From Ylistrum balloti (taxonomy: Eukaryota): a stretch of 64,000 bases of DNA. Location of the stretch: assembly GCF_031769215.1 (NCBI RefSeq), contig NW_026782173.1, positions 310,001 through 374,000 of the forward strand, written 5' to 3'. The notes under the pieces are model-generated. The model was not told the origin of the DNA. It made no database searches and saw only the letters and a program-made list of their open reading frames with translations. Each line of letters starts with the position of its first letter. Position 1 is the first letter of the stretch. This document shows positions 24,801-36,800 of the stretch, piece by piece. Both the position numbers and the translations under genes were made by a program.

Positions 24801-27800
24801 ATGTATCGCCAAGATTTATCGAACAAGAATACACATTCTCTTCAGGACGTTTTGTCCGACATTTCGGTATCCCGGTGAAGGAATATTTAATCAGACTAGC
24901 AGACGTACAATGGCTAGCTATCATTGTACATAAAAAGGCGACATTGACGCAAATATAAATGAATAGCTCACGTTTTTGTCCGACTTAAGTGGAAGAGTCT
25001 GCAAGAATGACTAGTCATTTTGGAAGGGGGAGAAAGGGAAGAAGGGAGAGAAGGGAGGGGGATTAGAGGAGGGAATCAACGTGTAAATCTTTCCTTTGTT
25101 CATATTTTGATCTAATCTCACCGAATTTGAGTTTGAATACCGATTCTGTTTGTTGACTTGTCGGTTTTCAATTATCAGAATAACTTTAAATAAAAAAGGA
25201 ATATGTGAACAGATGATCTGCATCCGAAATTCTTTTCTTGCATTATACACCTTTCTTCATCATTCCATTAAATACACAGGTATGAAGCATGCATTATGAG
25301 AAATATTATTCAATTCAATTTTCTGAAATGATGTGTTTATATTTTCCAAATAATGATGGAAAGTAGGTTCGTGCACACGTTTCCTCTCGGGAGTATTTTA
25401 TATACCAATTGGACAGAAATTTGATGGAAAGACCCAAAGAAACTGTTCAGTGCTCCCGCGAGACATTATAGTCATCTAACATATAGACAGGTACCTTTCA
25501 CTACTGGCGACGTTCTCGCCAACCGAATGCCTTCATATGCATACTAATATATGTATGTATGTACAGAAGTCGATTTTCGCGTGTTCGATTGGATGGAATC
25601 GATTTACACACTACACCAATTTGTTATCATTCGTGAAGAATATCTTAAGATGGCGTGTACAGATCCCTTCTATTCCGCATGGTAAATAGCACTAGACAGT
25701 AAGCCCTAGTTACCGAGTATTGGCTAGTCGCCTTTAAGATGCTAACTTCTACACTCTAGCTCGTCGTGATAGTACTTTCATCAACGTCGCCATCAATATC
25801 TAGGTCTAACCCAGGACAGCCCTTAGGATGGACTTCCGGTAGAGGAATCGACGTAAACTTGATATGCGTTCGTCGGTCACTATATATGAGGACATTAGGA
25901 GTTTTTCGGGAAACAAGTTCGTCGAAAGCAATTTCCGGGAAATAGATTTTTGTGTATTTAAAAATTTGCAATTCAATAGAAATGCAGAAACAAAGTTTCT
26001 TTATGTTCAATGTGTCTTCATTTTGTGATGGGGGGAAGCACTTCCTGTGCGTGCACTTTCTGCTTGACGTTTTAAAAAAAACACATTGTCTACACCACAG
26101 GCAAATAATTTCCGGTGAAAAAGTGGCCATTAAACACAAAATGACCAAATATGGCACGCCTGCAATTAGTCCCAGAGGAAATCCTTTAAACTATAGCAGT
26201 TACCACATTTACATGAATTGTAAATAGCCCATAGATAGCCTTCGTTTAAACATCAATAGATTCATTTCTTCATTGGTATTTTAGTCGATTTTGTATTTAG
26301 TTGATTTCCAAATTACTACTAACACCAAGATTCTTACCGCAACCAAGGTTATTGCTATATACGACTCCTCCTTGGCGGGCACCAGATTTGGCTACTAGTG
26401 AAAGATGGCCTTCAATTAATCCAGCGTACACAAGATAACAATCTAGACATAATCAACACGTCCGAGCGAAGTATACTTATTTCAACAATTAGATGCTAGC
26501 ATTTCCATTGGAAACAGAAAGAGGAAATATTTCTATTATTTTCTATAACATCTAATTTTACTATTAATGATTAAATTATACACTATCATATATATAGGCA
26601 GGTTAATGCCAATACTCTGGGGCGAAGAGTTGATAATGAATGCACTATTGTAAATAATGTTTCGTGATGTAATAACGTCATACGGTCGTAATCGCTGACG
26701 GTTTAGAAGATGGAACAAAATTTCAGTCAAACGTTTGTTCTGTCAGAAGCAATTTGGAATTATCTAACGAAAATACCATTGTATTCTTTAATATATTAAT
26801 AGCCATTACGTTGTGCAGACATCACTTAGAGCAGCATACAATCCTTGGATCAGCTTGTAGTCGTATCTATAAAGGTATGACATTTATGAGTGTATACGAG
26901 ATATTTTACTTTTAAATATTTATCCCATGTGTGCTGTCTAGTTTGAAACTCGAGACAGCGAGAACATACATTTTATATATGAACTGATTTATAATGACAT
27001 TTCAGGATAAACAACTTGCCCACGAGGCAGGTATCACACACTGTTATTATTCTTTGATATTTATGCTAATAAAAAATGTAAGTTGTTTATTTCAATGGAA
27101 GAAATACTATTGCATCTTTTTGTGGGTCACTATGTCTATATTTGGGCAAAGTTTTTCCTCAGTCATGCTGAGTATGTCCGAATATTTCCCTCTAGGACAT
27201 TAACTGACAACAAACAATAAGCAGACAACTTGACCACCATGATGGCAATATACCAGGAATTTGTCGATTAACATTCTATTGGAAAAAATACCGTAGGTAC
27301 CAATTTCTAAATTTAAGATTGAATGATGATACAGGAAAGAAGAGTAAATGACCACATGAATAAACATTTTAATCAAAGCAAATAAACATTACATGTGCAC
27401 ATACATATGTAGCTTTTGATCTTCTTTAAGACATAAAACATATGATTCATGCATCCAAAAATACCAAAATCCCATTTTGCAACGAAAGTAAATACCAATT
27501 CCTCGTAGCTAAATCAGCTCGAGCAATAAGTAGCAAGGAAAAAGAAGAAAGCAACACCTACCTAACAAAAGGATCACAGCTGCTATTGTTGCCGTACTGT
27601 CGGGTGGGAAGGTTCTTGGACTTGATCAAGGTCACCAGCAGTTTCTCTGTCTCCCGTTCGTATTCGACGGCAAACCACACCCTCCCTATGTGTTCTGGGG
27701 GAATTTCGTAATCATCGTCCTCGTCCACAATTTTATAAAGGCTTGGGTCGATGCTCCCGAGAGCGTAGGCACCTGGAAGAAATAGTATAAAGTTGTTCAG

Positions 27801-30800
27801 AAAGAGTTCTTATATATTCTTCTATATCGGCGTAGTTAAAAATCTTTAACATTTGTTGTTGTTACCACAAGAACTTTAAAGTTGTTGAGATGGGCCATTG
27901 TTTGTTAAACCTTAAAACAATTATTGAACCAAGGGTGAATACTGTTTGAACAATGTAGTAAATAACGTGACGTACCCGGGTTGTAACACTTTTTGAGGAA
28001 AATTGTAAAACTTTTGTTTGAATCCTGTATTTTGCTTGGAATTTCACAAATAGGTTTTTAGCTATCATATTATTCACCAGAGCGCGTGTCTATAGATAAA
28101 ACACAAAAAAGCATGCCAGGTTCAGCAATACGTTTAAACAGGTAGGGAACGCCTCTTACATTCAGTTCAATTATAGAAAGAAGTGTCATAATCTTGGATA
28201 TATTTCTAAATAAAAATTCACTAACTTTCTCATTAATCTCAAACACTAATCTATCGAAAATATTCAACAATCCTTTTCATTGTTTAAAAACATGACAGAA
28301 TATTTGTGCAACATGGAAGACATTAGCTGATAAAAAATCCCATAATACTATATAAACACCTTATTTCTTGTTCCGAATATTTAATAGTCAATAAAAGTTG
28401 TGCAGCAAATATTTGAGAAGTGTTCCATTTTGGAAAGCGTCAAGTTAAATCATAAGTAAAGAAATGGACACAGAAGGGATATTCTTCAACGATGAAGCTG
28501 CTCAAAACATAAATAAATGTTTGAGATATATGTTACAGATTGTAACACTCTCTACATAGAATCTTAAATGAATAGTCACCTTATGTATGGTTTATGAAAT
28601 AAGTCTAAGAATTTTTGCAAGCCCTTTGCGAGCCAAAATAACAAATGTAATGAGTCTAAGGTGTGCGTTATGACGTCAAAATGTAATGCGAGGATGCTAG
28701 AATATGATGTCACTTCGTAATCTGAACCTTACCTGAACCTCAACATGTTACACTTCATAAGGAACAGTAAATTAACAATATCGTATGTGTTTATTTTGTG
28801 AGAGATATGTGACAATTGGAATGTGAAAATCGTCTGTGTTATACGACCTGTTTGCAACATTGAGCTGCTGTTTAATGCGAACGCTGGAATGTTTTAAGTG
28901 CAAAATGTAATCTATTCCCTAGTCACACATTCCAAATTATTATTTCAATTTTAATTTCCCCCCTTCAAGATGTTTTGTGACATTATTATTCAGATAATCA
29001 CACTAATTTGCCATTAAAACGACATAAAACATCAAGGCTCGACGAACGCACGTTAAATAGGGTTTAATCGATGACCTGTGGGGTGATTCATCTTACCATA
29101 TTAGACGAGATTCCACAGCCCACTGTGGTATTAACTATTTGTGATTGGCAATAAAAAATAATTCTAAATATTTCAATTATAAATTCAGTTTTTTATCACT
29201 TTGCTCATTTTCCTTGCAGTCATAAAATTCACCATCTGCCCTGACCTGTAATTCCGGTCCGTTACTGCCATGGTGAATATTGATGTTGTTAAGGCTAAAG
29301 GTTTTCAGACTGACGTCATCTCTAAGATTTCCTTAATATATATGTAACTAACATGTATTGACATTTCAACCTATTTCATTTGCTCCTGAAGGTGCAAGGA
29401 AGTATACATTGGTTTGGATATGGGTTTGATATTTTCTTAAGTTAAAACATATAATATTTTTTCCTTTATTTCTCATTCTTCAATGTTGAACAATGATTAG
29501 TATCAAACGTCGACAATATTAAACGAAGATATTTCCATTCTGCAATTAATTCACTAGTTGATATAGAAAAATCGAGATTTTTTTCTAGTTTGCTCTAGAA
29601 AAATTAAATGAAATGAAATATAAACAGTTACAGCAAATAACTATTTGTACACGTATGTATACATTGTGTGAGGTCAATTGGGAAGGAACACGTCACTTTT
29701 CTAAGCGTGAGCGTCTGTATTGCATGGATGGGTGTGTAATACAAGAACAGCGAACTCGGGTGTATTGCCCTGGACATACCAGTAATACACAGGTAGAAAT
29801 TAGTGAAAACCTGTTATTACTGCAAATGGCTAAAATAACTTACAGGGGTCTTCAAATCAGAATTCATAATCAAGATTAATTGCCGTGATCTGATATTACA
29901 CACAAAATAAAAAAGGAGATTAAAGGCAAACATGATATGATGAAGATCATGGCATATTTCACGTTTAATCGATTAGAACAGATTATAGGTTCACCAACAT
30001 CATTATCTATTATCAAAACTTGTAGATCTCCAGTATTGTTACGTAAATATTGAATAGTAAATTTATGATACTTGCCTCTATATTAGGATACTCTATTGAT
30101 AAATAAAGTTCAGGTCTGTGCTTGATTAATGAGCATTAAGGCACAAGACTTTATAGCTGCATTAATAAACGATATTGGTTTCCTATAAATAACTTTTTTT
30201 CATCTCAAAATAACATTTTAGCCGTTTTACAACAATTTAACAATGTTAATCCCCTTTCATATAATGTATTGGACCTGTTCAGTCCAGAAATGTATGAGAG
30301 AATGATTTAATGCTTAAACACCCAAGATGAGCATTTCCATTATGAAGATGGTCGACATCGCATTCAGCCTAGTACGATGCAGCATCGAGTCAACAAGGAT
30401 ATATGGTGACCTGTATATCAACTACCGAAGTAGACAATAGTCAATTATTTGTTAAGGGGCGAATTCTCCGCGATTCCACTTTTGATAATGTTTAATGAGA
30501 TTTGTTAGAACATAAGTTTATTTCAACAATTTTTTTCAGATACTTTTATTTTCAAGCTATAATGTATATGAATTGTATGGCGTACAGCTCATATTTCGTA
30601 ATTAAACAATACTACAGAAAGGACATTTCTAGAAATATCTTATTATTAATTCTCCGTTGAAACCGACACTTCTGTTCAACAGAAGGCCATGTTTTGTTAA
30701 AAAGAGTGTTTTTGCCTTGCTGTTTTATGTCTCTAATGTCGAGCACATACCCTTATAACAGAATGTATAAATGTCAACCGTACGAATCTATCCTAATGGA

Positions 30801-33800
30801 GATCTGTGAACGAGTTCAGATATCTTACTAGCAGATCTCAAGGGTGTATCACACCACATAGTTCTGCAATTAACACTTTGAATCTTAGCAATAACATGCC
30901 GGTATTTGACAGATGCAGCCTTCAGAGAGTTTCAATCCACGTTTCAATGGCAAGACAAAGCAATTAAAAAACTTATATTTCATGTATAAAACATTTAAAC
31001 TCTTCTGTGTGATAGGTGCACTCAAATAAAGATTTCTTTCCTGAATCACCAGTTTTAGTCAGCCCATTTCAAATCATCTAATTTAGATACGAGTATGAGA
31101 TTTATCGGACCGTCTATGTCATAGATAATGGAACAAAAGGTACTAATAATTCATCGAAGTCATAACCGAATATTGGAAACGATTTGTAATTTTAGAGAAA
31201 ATTTCACGTGAAGGTGATTTGAAATAAAGAATGACAAGGGCAATAAAAAAAACCTATGTATATCCCCCGTGAATAAATGTTTTGGGGTGTTCAGCGTATT
31301 GAGAGATGTCTTCTTGTTTCAGTGCATCACCTGGATCTTATAACAGAAGTTGAAAGGCGTGGATTGATGGAATACCCTCTGCGGTGAAAATACAGTTTAA
31401 AATTAGTTTCCGTTCAGCTAATAAAATCGTTGTTGCACGTGCGTCTCTATGTTTCAAGTGTCTACGAGGATAATTAACAATTAAAGACCATTATTAGTAT
31501 CCAATGCATCGGAAACTCACTGTTCGGAAAGATAATGTATTTTAATGCTAGCAAAACGAATATTAACTGTTATATTGTGCATGTATACACAACCAATATA
31601 ACCCTCATCACAACCAATATATTCATATATAGCAAACTTCAAGTTATTATGTTCGTTTAAGCTATCTACTATAATCAATATTATCAACACATAGAGAGCT
31701 ACTTTTCTATGCTCCTCCTTTATTATTAATCTATTTTGGCCCTTTTCCCGTACAATATCATCTTACCCACCCTCCTCGTTTTCCGATTTTTATCAATACA
31801 TTTTAACACCGTTAATCATTGTCGCCGTTGTTTTTAATCTTGTTATATGAAAACGAGTCTTTGTTTACATGATTGACCAAGATTTACATTGCGAGTGTAG
31901 CCGATGAAACAGAAGACGCTTAACCTTCCAAAACATCCTGTTTTATCATCTTTGTACATTTTCAAGGGTCTCCCTGTATATATTTCATTTGTTCATTATT
32001 TGTTCTCAGTCTATCCAATTCCAGGATTGATTATGACTCTGTTGACATGTCAGTAATTTCTTCATTGTGTTTTAACCATGTTACAATGCCAATTACAGAC
32101 CCTATACTCCCAGTTTAAGTAGTTACGTAGCGTCAAAGACGTCACCAACATCTTCGTGTCAGAATTGAAAACAAAAGAAAAGGAACTCAAAGATGTGAAC
32201 GATAAAAGTTTCCGCACTAAAAAAATTTAAATACGCAAGCCACAATAGTTTTGTAAGCTTCCCTACATTGTTCAGCAATTCCTATATGGACAAAGTCTGA
32301 AAATAAACGTTCATACACTGTCAACAGGTTATAAAATCAATATTGTGTACTTTTCCTTGTTTGTTCAGTAATGCCGTAGTGAAATAAATTACTCTCCGTA
32401 AAATTAAAATTTAAAACGTACGGTGTACACGCAAATTAAAACAAAGCTGTTAATCCGTATTCTCATCTGTCCCTCATAAACTATCATCATCCAGCACATC
32501 AGTCGAGATCCATCTTGTAGCAATTTATCTAACTTCGTGTAATTTCCACAAGGTTCATTCAACTTAAAGGGCCGATAATTACATTCTAAAGTTGACTGCA
32601 CTACTAACGTTAACTATTCAGCAACTACAGTGTAAGCTACATGAACATGTACATGCCTACGTGAGTATGACGAACAATTTCGTGATAACGTTGACTAATG
32701 TGGGCACAGCTAATCGCTCGTATTCTGCTGCAGCCTGGGACAGATTTAACACGACATGCTGTAGGAGATTATTAATCTGATTAAGTTTCTTGAAATAGTC
32801 ATTCGTCTTCCTTGTACGGATTAAAATAACATTGTTTTTTTTTTTACATAGAAGCAATTTCTGCATGTTTCTTCACTGTAGCTAATCCTAGTCGAGTGAA
32901 TAGATTCGCGAAGATGTTTACCTTCTCTCCTAGCAAACCAATGAAGAAAACATTCTATGAATTCAAATGATAAAAAAAAAAAAATCATGACTCACTTGTG
33001 TCGAACATGTTTGAATCGAGTGCATCGGATAAGTCAAATGTTTTGTTCGGTCCCGATTTTTTCTCCTCTTTATCTTAGTAAATTAAACACGGATGATTTG
33101 AACACTGTTGAGTCGGATACAGCGTTTGTGTCGAATATATTTTTCAGTCCATCCCTGCTACATAATCCTGATCAGCAGTTGGCCTTTAATAATAAAACAC
33201 AATTTTAGTGCTAAATGGGATATCCTACTTAATTAAATAAGAAGCATAGAAACAATGCTTTAACAACATCACAATGACTGAGAGCCCTCATATAAAAGAG
33301 CTTCCATTCTGTGGAACTCCCAGACCAATCTGGCTTTAAATACTTTTGAAATCGACCGTCAGGATTGATTTTCCTTTTATCGTATTCGTGAAGTTTAATG
33401 TTAACATTTGATTTCGTTTCGTTAGAAATAGATACTAGTATAGTATTCTGATTTAAAAGATTGTCGGTCGGTTATGTCTACTGTATCCGAGAGTAAATAC
33501 ATCTTCATTTAGCCAACAAACCCATGGCACAATGGGTCTGGGCAATTCAATACATTTATTTCTAAGAGATAAATAAACCATTATTGCTCGAAGGGATAAT
33601 AATCCACATCCTTTCCCTTCTAAGTAGAAAATAAGACAAGTATATTCCAAAAACTAATCACCTATGTTCCCGCCGATATTCAAGTCGTTTTTGTTACTAA
33701 TAGAAAGTTTTATCATCTTTATTTGAAATTGGTAATTTTAGTCCTCAATGGAAAATAAAAACAGAAGAGAATCCATCTGTCTTAGTTTCCAGCAGAACGC

Positions 33801-36800
33801 GTATCTCTTCAATAACTTCCGTGAAAAATACACTCTTTTTGCTTGTTTTACTACGCCAAAATATCATTGGAAAAGGAATCAGAAATCCGTCTTCTATTTG
33901 TTCGCACTATGAAGTGCGGCACTCTTTGTTCTCTTTGTTTTTATTTCCAATACCATCTGGTCGTCCTCGGTATTTTCAGTTAACACCCAAGTCGTTTTTG
34001 TCACTGCTTTTCCCATCTTTGCATGTCTGTGCAAGCTCTGACCAAACCCGATCCTGTTCAGATATTACAAAATCACAAAGTGATACATCCGGCTAACATC
34101 GATATCAACTAATGATCAAACGTATCTAGATTTTACGTAACTTGCATAAAAAAACACCTTTTAAATGGATAAAAGGGTAAAATATTCTGGTTTAATGATG
34201 TGTTTCAAAGGCTTGCGATAGTTTTAATCATGACGGGGAAACATTGATTGATTTATCTTAAAAAAAAAAAAAAAAAAATACTTGACCTTTCAGCACGATC
34301 TGCATTTTTCGACTGTAATGACCAATTAAGCAACAATTTAAGATACAAAACATGGCAATAGTTGAAACTATCAAGTACCAGACTATCGCCTGTTGTTTCT
34401 GACACAACTTGCTACTATTTTAGACTTAATAGAAATGGCTGTCGTTCGCCTGGATAGATCTAAACAGAAATCATAAGAGAATACCATCATACAAACAGAA
34501 TCACACCCCACAAACAAATTTAAGAATGTGACATGTCAACACCATAGGTTTGGAATGCAGGAATATTACTATTCATAAAATACAATAGGGAAATTGAAAT
34601 CATCACTCGTAGGATACCGCTTAGTGGAAAGCAGGCCATATTGTTTGGTTGCAGGCAAAGATCGAGATAATCGAATGGTGTATAAGAGTCTGGTGTGTCC
34701 TTGATTTCCAATTCTTGTGAGTATATAGGATGGACGTGATCAATAAATTTCTTGTAAGTTAAAGACAAGATGTCATCAATATATCAGAAAGAGAAATGCA
34801 AGGTCTTTGTGACCTGATAAGCTCTTCGATAAATTCATCCTCGTATGAAAGCAAAACCAAGTCAGTCAAGAGAGGGGCTTGGTTAGTTTCCATACAAATG
34901 GCTTAAGTTTGCTGAAAGATCTTGCCACCATACTGTTGTTGATCAACCCGACTACACTATCAACTGAATCGTCGACAGGATTTCCTCCAGCTGCGTTTTC
35001 TCACTGAAGACCTATTCAAGATCGCTTTCGAGTTAAGGAATGCCATATGTTCATCGCCATAACTTGTATTTATGCGATAACACTTGCTTACTTAGTCTAA
35101 AGTTGCAAAGTATGGTTTCCTTTTCGACTGTTTATAAAAAGTAAATATTTGTTTGATGCACGTACGTATATCTCAAATTATTTTACATGATGTACACAAG
35201 AACCAATTTCCTTTTGTATACATCATCGACGAAACAAATTTACTTTATATGGCATATCTAATAAAACACTTTTTTAACAAGGATCTCCCTTCAGGTATTT
35301 TTAGTTTTATTGAGGTGCACATCGTACCTCATTACTGCAGGTAAACTGTATCGCCGTTTTAGAATATAATTCTGTAACCATCTACGCACAAATATTGGTC
35401 AAGAACTTGTATACGTGAACGGGTTTCTCTCAATTCTAGTTAATACCATTATATTTACAGTTACCATTGTAATTGACTCTATAACCACTGTAATGCTCAT
35501 TATCATTTTACACGGACAGTTTCTCTTGCGTGCGAATTGATATAACGCTATAAATGAAGGATTCCCGCGTCGCATGATCCTATCACACAATGAGCTTGAA
35601 TTTCGCGCGTTTGTTTTTAAATGTATAGTTTAGTAGGGATGACTACAATCGCTCTCGTTAATGTTTACAGACCTTATTTCGCCAATTAAGCAACTTAATT
35701 GATTTTAATTGTAGTTATCCCTTGTTAACCTGAACAAAGCATAGAGTTAATCCTTAACAATACTTATTGTTCAGATCTTTATATGAATGTTTTAATATAA
35801 ATGCAATATTACATGGGCAGATGACTCCAGGAAGAACTAACACTGCTCCTAGCATCCTATCACAGACATGTGGTTAATCAATTAAGATAAAGGTTTTACA
35901 TAGACGGTGGCATGTTTCTTGATTTGAAATGCACTAAGGTTGTGAGTGCTAATTTGATAAATTTTCCTATTCAAAAGACATTTTGGAAGTCGTTACTTAT
36001 CTGTTTAAGATACAGTGTAATGCATTTCACAAAAATATCTGTTTTTAGACCGTTCATCTAGAAGTACGCCTAAAGTAACGCTGGTTCAAAATACTGGTAG
36101 ATAAATCAATTATTATCATTGAATATTCTTCATTCAGGTTTTAGTGTAAACTAATTCTCAAGATTTAAGGCTAGGGAAAACAACGGAAAACATTTTTTCT
36201 AGATTACAGCAGGTGTTGTACAAGGCTCAACTTCCAGTCCTCTTACTTTACAACAATTGCTAATGCACATTCTGAGGACATTTAAAACTTCACATCTGAT
36301 CAACAATTCCTTCAGATCATTTAACTGTTATTGAATCTATTTTTATTGTAAGGTAGTAATTGGAATGTATGGACATGGAAACATATACATTGTAATAACA
36401 TTGCATTGTTTAAAAGTAACAATAATTTTAATAATAATAAAACGTTTTCCTGACTAATACCACTGCTATCTACTGACGAGGTAAACTACACCATTATGCT
36501 GCCAGACAAGTGAAATATATTGTATGTATAACGTTCATTCGGAAACCATTCACAACCCCTTTTATCTCTAGAACATCACCATTAGAGCTCTCAGCTGATT
36601 TATCACTTCTAGATACCATACAAGAATCGAGAATGACGTAATATTAAAACGAAAACTTCATTATTCACTCTGAAGGTTTGATGTCAAATGGATGAGCTCT
36701 GGGTGTGTCTGAGATTGATTATAAAGGAACAAATAGACATTTCCCTACAGTATTGCTAACTATGCCGTTGTCGTTCAGATAAATGACCTAGTATTTACAT

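Noticed and set aside
29231-29320. Additional phase 1-1 SYT15 cassette exon (DDVSLKTFSLNNINIHHGSNGPELQVRAD)
   Set aside because: The frame fits, but the acceptor has no pyrimidine tract (aaggaaatcttagag) and the donor is ordinary, so support is too weak.
32404-32866. Two protein-looking - strand ORFs (65 and 69 aa)
   Set aside because: No recognisable motif, no convincing splice-site pair, and lengths expected by chance.
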